Below are positions 33,567 to 43,410 of a stretch of DNA of 43,410 nt, piece by piece. The position numbers and the translations under genes were made by a program. The DNA is from Asterionella formosa. Lineage: Eukaryota. Under the pieces are notes generated by a model. The model saw only the letters and a program-made list of their open reading frames with translations, did no database searches and was not told the origin of the DNA. The stretch is taken from assembly GCA_002256025.1 (NCBI GenBank), contig NKIB01014439.1:1-43410 (forward strand), in the 5' to 3' direction. How positions within the stretch are numbered: position 1 is the first letter of the stretch; every line of letters begins with the position of its first letter.

Positions 33567-34970
33567 CTCGTATGCATTCTTGGATTGCACTCTAGAGACG
33601 AACCCAATCTTCATTTGATCCGCCCCAGCCAAGAGTGACTGCGCAGTCCATTTGGCCAACTTGAAGGAATTGTTCTTTAATTCTGTCGCCAATACTGCTC
33701 CCCTCTGACTGTCCAATTTGGCCGACCACGAGACAGCCGATCCAAATTCATTGAGACAAAAGGCCGTCATGTATTGCTTGCCCTTGACGAGTCCATGCAG
33801 TTCTGTTCGGCACACAAGCTGCGTGTCGCCTCCCAAATCGAATTTGCGATACCGATAGGCAACCGATGCGGGTTCCATGTCGTCATTGTCCTCCTCGTCG
33901 AAAAAGGGATTGGGCATATCCAAGGTTTGGCGGCCTGCCTTTTTCAAAATTTGTTGAGAAAAGTTCTGATTGATCATGGTGGCTTCCAACCCAAGGCGTT
34001 CGGGGTGGTTGATGGATTCTGCATCTTCGTTGGTCGGTGGAGCGTGTGCTGTTTCGTGGACAGTGAGATAGTCAAACTGTGAGTTGTCGCGCTTGTCGAA
34101 GAACAAGGTGCCTCCAGGCAACTTCTGAACCACGAGATCCCAAGGATAGACGGATCGAGTGCAAGTCATGAGATGCGCCAAAATAGTGTCAGTGATGAAT
34201 ACATTGCCGTTTCCATCGATGGCGAGTTTTTCCAAGACGGGGTCGTCCGTAGTGGTGACTGGGTAGAATTCCTTGGTTTCCATGCGCTTCAGAGGAACCG
34301 GAGCACGAGCAGATACCTTATCGTATGCATCATTGTATTGATCCAGGAATCCACACCATACAATGTCTTCTTCCGTGGGAAGAGATTCCGTGGTCGACAG
34401 GAGCTTGTTGAGCTTGGCCAGATCGAGTTCTTCGACTTGCTTCCAGTCTGGTTGAACACTGACCGATGCCTGTCGGTCAACTCTGGGTCCATAGCCCCGT
34501 CCCCGTCCGTAGCCACCCCGACCTCCTCCTCGTCCAGGTCCTCTCCCGCCTCTTCCTCCGTGGCTCTGCTGCTGCAGCGCCGTCCCGCCTCCCTGTTGCT
34601 GGCGCCTAGCATTGACTTGTCGAAGGCGCTGCGTGTGCTGTCGTCGCTTCGCCGCTGGTGTGACGAATCGGCGCACATGGCTCTGTTGCGCCTTGGCCGT
34701 GTCAACCAGCTGAAATGTGGACTCTTCTTGCGCGTCCAGCCTGTACTGAAACTCCTCGTTGTCGTCGCGGGCTGGTCGGCCTGGGCGGTACTGGTTCGAG
34801 CGGCCAGTAAAGTCCGCGACGCGGCCCAAGCGATCTCCGCGGCCGAAGGGAGCATATGGCAAGTGGCTGAATCTGGAGGACGGCGCGTTGGGGTTGGCGA
34901 GGTCTTCTTCGGTGGGAGGGCCCCAGCTGCACGCGTTGGGTGTCACGTATGGGACGCAAAAGGACGCCAT
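33567..34970 (-). CDS. EIF3D: Translation initiation factor eIF3 subunit D (3' end in gap)
   Basis: Motifs [93 protein letters not shown]. The likely start is ATG 34970 (MASF). Confidence 0.95.
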
Positions 34971-35912
34971 GGTCCGTCTGCTAAATTGTTTTTGATCGAA
35001 GGAGGGATTGGGAGGCCTCAGAAAGGGTGGAGAGTGCACTATGTAGTATGTAGTAGCAGGAAGATCAGGTAATGGTGCACGTTTATGCGCACTTTTTCAG
35101 GTTCGACTCACCCCCCATGATTCGTCCCATGCCTACCCGTAATTACTGTACCGGTAGGTATACTACACGGACAAGCACATCCCGGGTCCCTGGTACCGGG
35201 ATGATGATGTTGCTTGTTGGCTAGTTGGTACCTGGTACCAGGTATAATAAAAATTAACTTGAAGAAGACATTCTTGTTATTCGAACAGACTCTCAATAAT
35301 TTTTTTTTAGCCTTCTATTATTTCTGATGATGTGCAGGACTTGTAGTATTCATTACACCTTATGTATCAGTATTTATTTACAAGCACTAGACGCACGAAA
35401 AAAACACCAGATCATCAGGCAAAGAAGGTACCAGGGTACTTGGTATCCTGGTACCAGGTACCCTGGTACCTGCAAGTTGCGGTCATTTTGCTTAAACTAA
35501 CATTTTAATCTGGGATAAAGAAAGCTAATTCTTTAGTTTCAGCAACATTACCGCAACTTGCTGGTACCAGGGTACCGGCAGGTAATCTACTGTCTACCAG
35601 GTACAAGGTATTATGGAGTACAATAGTACTATATACCAGTTACATGATGATAAACCACAACACCATCAGTGGTGTTTGGAAAAAATAAGAAAATAGAAAA
35701 ATGTCAGGACGATAAGAAATACCGGTAGTGTGTTGTTTTCTTTTGAAAAGGCAATTTAGAGGCTCCGACGAGGTAAAAATACGGATGCAGCCAATATCAT
35801 TCATGAAGTTTCACACCTAAATATATGTTACGCGGTTCACAGTTTCTAGAAAGTAACGTTGACCTACAAAACCGAATCTGGTGGAAGACTCTGACCCTCG
35901 TCTACGTCCACC

Positions 35913-38849
35913 ATGCCAGGCTCCTTAGCTCACGAACACAGCTCCTTCAAGCCCAACCGCTTCGGAAGACTCGGCGCTTTGGGCGCTCAATTCTCTTCAC
36001 ACGACGCAGACGTGGAGCGCCTTGGCGCATTTCTAAACCAGGGAGCCTTCGCCGGATTCATCATTTGGATCACCCTCCTCCTCGTCGTCTTTTACGCATC
36101 TCCACCAGAATCCTACGAGTACCTTGAAGGCCACGAGCTCAACGCAAACGTACTGATCTTCGCCTTGCTCCTTGTTACGAATGGCTCGCGCTTATTGCCG
36201 CTCTTTTTCAAGGAGCACTCTCAGTTTATGAACACTGGCGCCATGACTGGCTCTTGCACCATTCAGGGAATTGCTCTCGCGTCTTGCGGGATCATGATAT
36301 GTTTACCCACGCCAGTGCTGATGGATACTATCACCAACCGACGCGTGCATCTGTTGCGATGGGTGGAGTGGATCCCCCTTTCCTTTCTCATGACCTTCCT
36401 CACGGAAGCCATTGACATGCCCAATCACGAGCAAGCCATAGAAGTGGCGTGGGGACACGCATGGGCCCTGGCGTTCAGTACCATGGCGGGAATTATATTT
36501 CCGTTCTGCACCACCCTGTGGGAGTGGATGGTGGTCTTTGTCATTGCGTGCAGTCTTTTTTGTAGTTTATACGTTCGACTGTATCAACGAATGATGAGGT
36601 TTCGACGAACCCCCGTGGGAAGCAGTGTCGATGAACAAGAATTGTATGACCGAGCCCGACTGAGTTTCAGGCTGCTTCAAGCATGCTCCATTATGTGGAC
36701 TGGAATCGTCCTAGCATTTGTTGCCTGCTGCCTTGCGGGAAAGTATGCGCCGGAAGGGTCCTGGTGGGCGAATCCAGCCTTGCCTCTAGTGGTGGAGTGT
36801 GCTTTTGAAATTGGATCCAAGGTGTGGTACCTTTTGCTTATTGCGGATGTTCATGAACTCATATTCGACGAAGGATTAAGGAGCATCCGTCGATTGGAAG
36901 AAATGCGGGACATGATGACTTGTGTGTGGGAATCATCGTCTGATGCAATTGCACTTTGTGTCAGGGGAAAGGAAACCATCAATGCCGTTGTGAGTCCAAC
37001 TTTTTTGCACCTGGGTAATCAAAATGCGGAAAGTGATTCCACGAAGGTGGCACTTCTATTTGAAGTTACTCCGCAACCTAATAGACAAAACAAACCAAAA
37101 CACAGAATCGCCGCCATGGCTATGGCGACGCTCGGCAAGAGCAAGAAGCAAAGCCCCATTTCACCGATTTCGCTCTCAGAATTTATTAACGATGACGTGG
37201 ACTCTGTAGATCAACGCAACATTGCATCAATGGCGAAGTTGCTTGCCAAAGCATGGCACTTTACAAGCCAAGAGTCTCTTATCATGCATGACTTGTACGG
37301 AGAAACATCGACAGGCGAACTACGAACGATTCAATGCGAAGCAAAGATTACAAAGTTAGCCAATGATGCAGTTGTGGTGGTGTTGCGCGACATTTCGGAG
37401 AGATTCCATCGATTTGAAACCGAAAAACAACTCATCGTCGCGGTTACGGAACGCAAGAAGGATTCTGAAGCTAGTCGATTTGCCCGTGACGAGGTCAAAG
37501 ACAGTCTAGAGGCTGCGATTGGGATGGTCGATTCCATCAAGAATACCATGGAATCGCCGAATGGAATGGAAATGAACGGGGAAACAATAATCAACGCGAG
37601 TGTGGAAGCTGTTCAGTCTGACAATCAGGCACAGGGCAGTCGTGCTCTGGGAAAGGCCCATATTCCTCTGGATTTCTCGGGTTGTATGCGAAAATTGGAT
37701 GAGAAGCTTCGCGAGGTCCTGGACACATTAATGACGGAAGCCATGACTCGTGATGTCGTCAACGAGATGTACCAACCTCAAAACGAGGTAACCGACATTC
37801 GTAGTCTGTTGTCAAAAACTAACCATATGGCATCTTCCGACGTTGACGATCGCTTTCCCATTTTCGAATCAATGGATCCCTTCCCCAAAATCCTCATCGA
37901 TCCTGATCTCGTATGTCTTTTCCATCGCCACGCCGTTTCGAACGCCGTCAAATATGGTAAACCAGGTGGTGTGGTGCAAACACGTCTTGCTTACGAAACT
38001 AAGAATAAGCAGTTGCTGATTAGTGTTACAAACCAACCTGGTAATAATCATGCAGTTTTGGTGGAAATGAACGAGGATGAGACGGCGAAAATATTTTCCG
38101 CAGGAACCAGTCTCAAAGTGAATAACAGACCCGTCGACAAAGCAAGTGATGACCTGTTTGCTAAAACTCCGGCAGGTGACGGGGCTTGGATTATGCAAAA
38201 GTGTGCCATGACCATGGGGGGACAGTGTACTATCAAATTTGAGAAAAATTCAACCACATTGTTTCTTTCCTGTCCGGCTGATGTTGCATCAGACGACTTG
38301 TACACATCTGGCGTTTTGGAAAAGGATTCAGCATCACTATTTGAAGTTCCCAAGAACACGTGGGGAATTGCTGTGGATGACTCTGGTATTCAAAGAAAAC
38401 TTATGGACCGCTTCATGTCCGTGGCCGGAATCGAACGAAGTAGACGAAGGATCCTGGGAGGATCAGATCAAGAGATTCTTGGATTTAATGAATATCTAGA
38501 GAAACTAATTCGTGAAAATCCTGATGACAGGTTCTTGGTCATTGTGGACGAGACCTTAATAGTGGTTGAGGAAAATGGGAGTCAAAAAACAATTTCCGGT
38601 TCCAAATGTATTGCATCACTGCTGCATATTTTGAAACCTGAAGATTCACAGCGTCTGCTCGCACTTGTGCGCAGTGAGGCAGATTCCAGCGTAGACATCG
38701 ACATTTACAAGACCCGCGCTCATGGCTTTATTCCGAAATCGCACATTCACAAAGATATGGTGCTACCGATCATTGAATGCTGGTGGAAAATGCGTTTCCC
38801 CGCAGAGACTGGAGTTGACCTTTTAAGGCGAAAATCGAAACTTCAGTAA
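35913..38849 (+). CDS. Microbial-rhodopsin-like 8-TM sensor fused to PAS-like, degenerate histidine kinase and receiver domains
   Basis: Eight hydrophobic segments in aa 44-311, with helix-C-like RWVEW (R149, E152, W153) and helix-G-like FEIGSKVWY (E299, K303). A PAS-like region runs from ESSSDAI to VVVVLRDISERF. The HisKA-like segment is RFARDEVKDSL; the HATPase has an N-box (AVSNAVKYG) and a G2-like GDGAWI. The receiver has VDDS, IVD879 and FIPK942. Confidence 0.8.
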   Translation: MPGSLAHEHSSFKPNRFGRLGALGAQFSSHDADVERLGAFLNQGAFAGFIIWITLLLVVFYASPPESYEYLEGHELNANVLIFALLLVTNGSRLLPLFFKEHSQFMNTGAMTGSCTIQGIALASCGIMICLPTPVLMDTITNRRVHLLRWVEWIPLSFLMTFLTEAIDMPNHEQAIEVAWGHAWALAFSTMAGIIFPFCTTLWEWMVVFVIACSLFCSLYVRLYQRMMRFRRTPVGSSVDEQELYDRARLSFRLLQACSIMWTGIVLAFVACCLAGKYAPEGSWWANPALPLVVECAFEIGSKVWYLLLIADVHELIFDEGLRSIRRLEEMRDMMTCVWESSSDAIALCVRGKETINAVVSPTFLHLGNQNAESDSTKVALLFEVTPQPNRQNKPKHRIAAMAMATLGKSKKQSPISPISLSEFINDDVDSVDQRNIASMAKLLAKAWHFTSQESLIMHDLYGETSTGELRTIQCEAKITKLANDAVVVVLRDISERFHRFETEKQLIVAVTERKKDSEASRFARDEVKDSLEAAIGMVDSIKNTMESPNGMEMNGETIINASVEAVQSDNQAQGSRALGKAHIPLDFSGCMRKLDEKLREVLDTLMTEAMTRDVVNEMYQPQNEVTDIRSLLSKTNHMASSDVDDRFPIFESMDPFPKILIDPDLVCLFHRHAVSNAVKYGKPGGVVQTRLAYETKNKQLLISVTNQPGNNHAVLVEMNEDETAKIFSAGTSLKVNNRPVDKASDDLFAKTPAGDGAWIMQKCAMTMGGQCTIKFEKNSTTLFLSCPADVASDDLYTSGVLEKDSASLFEVPKNTWGIAVDDSGIQRKLMDRFMSVAGIERSRRRILGGSDQEILGFNEYLEKLIRENPDDRFLVIVDETLIVVEENGSQKTISGSKCIASLLHILKPEDSQRLLALVRSEADSSVDIDIYKTRAHGFIPKSHIHKDMVLPIIECWWKMRFPAETGVDLLRRKSKLQ

Positions 38850-39499
38850 GATTTTTTTCAAGTTAATTGATGAATGTTTTGTCGTGACCACTCAAGAACC
38901 GACATTAGATGGCTCACGACACTATTCCTTCAGTAAGTAGTCACTGCATCTGCGCCCTAAATCTTAGAGTCTGGGATAAACTGATGTACATGTGTTAAAT
39001 TAGAAAAGTCAATTATTTTGCACTTGCCTTGATAAATGTATTTTATGTGCACCTTTCGAAGAGGAAAATGACAGTCGTAACAATTTCTAGATAGCAAAGG
39101 ACATACTGGCCTGGTCATTCAAAAGTTAGAGTCCATTCAAATGCAGAAAAGCAACTGCACGTCTTTCACTTTGACGTAAACAGCCCTTGCTCAAGAATGT
39201 ACTTTCACCCAACGATTTCAACAATTGACTACAGAAAATGCGCCAACTCGCAGAACTTTAAGGTTGTGTGAAGTCTTATGACCGACTTGTGCTTCAATCA
39301 GTTCTGACTCCTTGCCCAAAAGGTCTGACAACATCAAACAACCACGCCTCGACAACAATTGTTACAACCAAATTCTCCAAGGCCAATTCCCCATTTAATA
39401 GAAACCATTTAATAGAAGGATTCAACCCAGAAATTGACACTGCTGTATGACCCACAAAGGTCCAATGACTTGACGACAGAAGCTTAGACTGGATATCAC

Positions 39500-39830
39500 T
39501 TAGGTTGACGAGTCATAACTTTCCGGCATCTTGGCGGCAGCTTGAAGTTCTTCAAGTCGCGCCTTCATTTCGGTGATTCTCTTCTTGTGCAAAGGGTCAT
39601 CAATCAAGTCATTTGCTTCTTTTGGGTCTGCAATCATGTCAAAGAACTGAGCAGAACCATAATCAGTGTATTCGATATACTTATAGTCCTTCCTGATCAA
39701 CCCTCTTGCTGCTGGCCACGAAATGGAATCAATTAAGTGTGGGATTTCGTAAAGAAACTCTTTTCGCCAGTCAGTTGAGGTAGTTCGGTAAATTTCAGAA
39801 ATGTCACGTCCTTGCATCAGTTCGCCGTCC
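39500..39830 (-). pseudogene. C-terminal fragment of a sulfatase
   Basis: LMQGRDIS...WRKEFLYE...GLIRKDYKYIEY...QFFDMIADPKEANDL matches sulfatase C-termini. No upstream CxPxR core exon was found in the window. Confidence 0.6.
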
Positions 39831-40837
39831 CTCTCATTTAGTACGCAACAGCAGAAAGCAACACACACATGCGCTATTCAACTGTTTCACGGAGCAGTCA
39901 AATTGACAGCAAGACACCGGCATTAGCCACGACCAGGCAGCACCGTAAATCACTGATGCATTAAAAAGGATGCTCCTGTTGTGAAATGGGCGGCTAAAAT
40001 GTAAAATAAATGTAGAGAACAATAACAGAACCATGTGATTTCTCGCTCGCTTTGCTGATACAATCATAAAAACTGAAGATTAAGCTCACCTTGAAGGCCT
40101 CCATTGCGGGTCTCCATATTGTGTCATTTCATCTGCTATCACTCATACTTTCCAAAGAACACTGCTTTTCTGAAAAGGCCTGTTCAAATGTCAAATGAAT
40201 GTTGAGAACAGCAGCATATCATTATGAATTATCACTTGCTTGGTGATATGATAGTAAAAAAAGCAAGAAAAAATATTACCTTAAAAGTATCCATTGCGGA
40301 CGATCTCAATGTTTCATCATTCCACCTTTTGATGGTGCAACAAACCATACTATGTGAGCTGGCTGATAAAAGATTTGTTTATAGTAAGGCAGCTGAAAAT
40401 CTGGAAGGGGGATGCTAGTTATAAGGGTCGTCCCCATGTTGAAAATAAATTGTTCACAGTTGTGTTGAATGTTGGTGTTTTTATGAATTTATTGGGTCAA
40501 AAATCCTGGCGCAGCCATGACTTCATCTTTGTACCAACAGAATCTACTATCTACACGAAAAAATCTGGCGCAGTCTTGCTAACAATTTCGTCGGGAAAGT
40601 TTCTGAGGCTACAAGTGTGACTTGAGCAAATATGACAAGAGGGAGAAGACACAGCCAATAGTTACTACTCCTAATTGCATATGCACTGGATGAGCTACCA
40701 TTAGCCTCGTCCTACTACAGTAAAAAAATACGCATTGATTTTCTATTGAAAACAATCAACTGATGTGTTAACCAATTCACTTGCATGATGAAATTTTAAT
40801 CTGTTGTGTCTTCCTCAATTCTGTGTGATTCGTACAT

Positions 40838-41500
40838 TCAGAGCATTGTAGCAACTGCATGGCAACCCATCGGTCCCATGCTTGTTCCTTCTAAAAAGAG
40901 CTCTTGAATCCCTTGAGTGTCATTGACTCCAAATGACGTTTTCTTCCTTCTCAGTTCATCTTCTAGAATGGCTTCTGTTACTGATTTCAATCCATCTGGC
41001 TTTATCGGTTTCCAGTCAAAAAAAGTTTGGTCAAAGCGCACCCTCTCCTGATCCCATCAGCCAACGCCATGGCTCCTTCTTCCCGCATGTGATTCCCTGC
41101 CAAGTAGAGCATATGCAAGGCAGATCGAAACAAAGCATATGCCTATGATCTAATCCCATCATTGCCGACTTGGTTGAATCCAAGATCCAACAATCCCAAA
41201 GCGCGGTGTGCTGAAATCCCAACAGCCCACATATTAAAACATACCTTCGTTGCCCAAGTTGTTGTAACCTGGTTTGAGAATGAAGATTTGAATTCTGCAG
41301 CAGGGCCACTTTGACTAAGCGTGCGTCCAATGACTGCAATCCTCGCTGTGATAATCAATCTACCAATCGTGAGTACAGATGGAGTATTTGAGGGAAAAAA
41401 CGCCAAGGGGTTAGAACAACTGAGCCACGACACAGCGCAAGACAACAACACGCACTTGGGGTTCTTGTACCAGTACTTAACTTGGTTAGCTATCATCGCA
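40838..41500 (-). pseudogene. Disrupted RNI-like leucine-rich-repeat gene
   Basis: Read-through gives LGLLDLGFNQVGNDGIRS*AYALFRSALHMLYLAGNHMREEGAMALADGIRRGCALTKLFLTGN, then a frameshift near 41008, then PIKPDGLKSVTEAI...GIQELFLEGTSMGPMGCHAVATML. Boundaries are approximate. Confidence 0.75.
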
Positions 41501-42229
41501 TGAGTGCTTCTGATAAGCGCTGAAGGACACTCTCTCGAGTCAGCGTTGCTTTGGCGTAGTGGTGCGACTTCAATTCGACAATTTTACATTGACAATACGC
41601 ACTTACTTCAGCCTACAGCGGCGATGTTTATGGTTGCGTCAATTTGGTGCATGAGGATGGCGAAAACTCTTTTCGCTGTCATTTATTGGCCAATTCATAC
41701 CTTCTCGGCATATGTACCAGCACTATACGTTACTTGAGTTGTCTTTCGCAATGATTTATCCTCCTCTAAACCAATTTTATCTTGAACTTTTAAAATGTGT
41801 AGTTGTAACATCAACTAGTTTTGTCTTGGAAATCACTGTATGATTCTGAACCATCACATGAAAACCTCGAAGAGAAGTCTTGTTCACTATAATATTTCAT
41901 ATTATTTACCTGAAGTGCATAACTATAAACTGTAGATTGTCCATGCATGAAATAAGACACCACAAATATCCTTACTATTTCAGAAATAAAGATGCATGTA
42001 GTAAATGAATTAGCCACGAGAGCAGGATATTAGTTGAACTTTGAAATGAATTATTTGAAACATCAACTAATTCAGTCTCGAGTTCAAAGTTCATTGTGAA
42101 AACTTCACATGAAACCCTTAAAAGTAATCTTTTTTACGGGAAGAGTGGCATTATTTCTTGTAAAGTACCACATAATTAACACTCCTACTTTAATGAAATT
42201 TCGAAAAGTGGCATATTTTGCGGCTTATA

Positions 42230-43257
42230 TGTAGTCTAGTATCTTTTTCGTGTAGCCGCCAATACAAAAAGCATTTCCACTTACAGAGTTGTACTTATTC
42301 CCGCTCGACCGCTGCTCCCAGCCCATATTGTAACTAACAGTGAGTCAAGTCATATTCAGTACAGACAAGCGATCCGCACCAGTCAGACTGTTCCACCACT
42401 GAAAATCACGTCCTTTGTCAGCCCAGTCTCCTCGTTTATGCACATTGCTGAGTGTCAGATATAGTTCCTCCTGACATGCCTATTTCATTGCAAGAGCGGT
42501 TGCAGTAACTTCAGCGTTTCCTACCAGTTCCTCTACTGCACCAAAGTTACCTTGCGTAGACCAAAATCCAAAGGTAAGTGGAAGATTCATTGCGGAGCAG
42601 ATGATATCTGCATCTGCTGGTCCCATTCCAGCTTCGTGACAACCCAAAATAAACTGTTTGTTGATAGAAAAGTGTTTTGCTTCTATTGCGTTATTTCTTA
42701 TCTCATCATTTCTGTCTCCATTGCTGTTGCTTCTGGCAGGTTCGAGTTTTGAAATCAGTTTCTGACAGGTCAAACAAGAGACTTTGAATTCGCTTGCCAA
42801 GCCGTAATTTTTGGTAGAGACAACAATCAACGGTTGTTTCATTGTTGAAATCGGAAAGTTAAACACATCCTGCTCCAGAAATGATTCACATTGCTGTTCA
42901 ATGGACAGCTTTTGTTGTCTATTTGATGTAAAGTAAGTTACAAAGTCACGAAGTGATTGTTTGCAATATTCTTTTACAAATTTATTAACACAACTTTTGC
43001 AATACATATCTTCCTGCAGAAATTTTGACAATGTATTATAGTTGATCATATGGTTCATGTTCAGTTGAGAGCAGTCTGTTTTATTTGGCTGGTGACGATG
43101 AGATTGCTAGTTCAATTGATGAAGTGGTTGTTGTAGGGGGACAAAAAGGCATCTTAGAGGTCCACCAATTTTGATTTTCATCGGACGCTATATTTCGTCC
43201 TCCTTGACCACCAAAACCAATTTCGGAAATGATACGGCTACCACTGGAACGTGGCAT
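42230..43257 (-). mobile_element. Decayed Kolobok-like ('Mutator-like transposase domain') transposase, N-terminal half
   Basis: CKSC...GLASEFKVSCLTC...INKQFILGCHEAGMG...SAMNLP, then after a stop or frameshift LTVSYNMGWEQRSSGNKYNSVSGNAFCIGGYTKKI (compare the consensus SYDMGWQKRSSG..Y.S.SGH). A possible terminus ...GGAACC|TTAA lies at 43372. Confidence 0.7.
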
Positions 43258-43410
43258 GATTTTGTCTTGTGTTGCTGTTTTTTTATGACTGGTTGATTCG
43301 TTAAATTGTGTAAAAATAAAATATATTATTTTTTTAACCCTACCTCTAAACTAGGGTTGAAATGCAGGAACCTTAAAATCAAGAATGCATGCAAGGAAGT
43401 GTTCATTTAA

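Noticed and set aside
34173..35072. 299-aa plus-strand ORF
   Set aside because: Antisense shadow of the GC-rich eIF3d coding sequence.
39258..39275. TTAA-GGTT as the second end of the Kolobok-like element
   Set aside because: Only TTAAGGTT matches the reverse complement of the 43372 end; the match fails beyond 4 internal bases.
1..43410. rRNA, tRNA and telomeric arrays
   Set aside because: None recognised by eye. tRNAscan-SE or Infernal would be needed to exclude small RNAs.

Overview
This is eukaryotic DNA, most likely a diatom or other stramenopile scaffold with five N-gaps; no prokaryotic features are evident. The assignment rests on compact, mostly intronless genes, short GT-AG introns with CTAAC branch sites, and diatom-like Copia gag and Cys-repeat proteins. 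Genes in order: copper amine oxidase (+), 3-exon ammonium transporter (-), DYRKP-type kinase (-), GT64 glycosyltransferase (+), HS2ST-like sulfotransferase (-), secreted Cys-repeat/mucin-like protein (-), ABHD4/5-like hydrolase (+), 2-exon NPPY-motif putative amino-methyltransferase (-), class I methyltransferase (+), 2-exon cytochrome P450 (-), Vps23/TSG101 (+), eIF3d (-), and a 978-aa protein (+). That last protein reads as an 8-TM microbial-rhodopsin module fused to PAS-like, histidine kinase (H-box His replaced by Asp) and receiver domains, and is the best candidate for a new system. Mobile or decayed DNA: a TIR-bounded pogo-like element carrying a second HIRAN-like ORF, a Copia gag relic, a Kolobok-like transposase relic, and sulfatase and LRR gene fragments. 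A family of palindromic GGTACC/CCWGG/ACCGGT mosaics marks the 5' and divergent intergenic regions. All family assignments come from reading motifs by eye; no searches were run.
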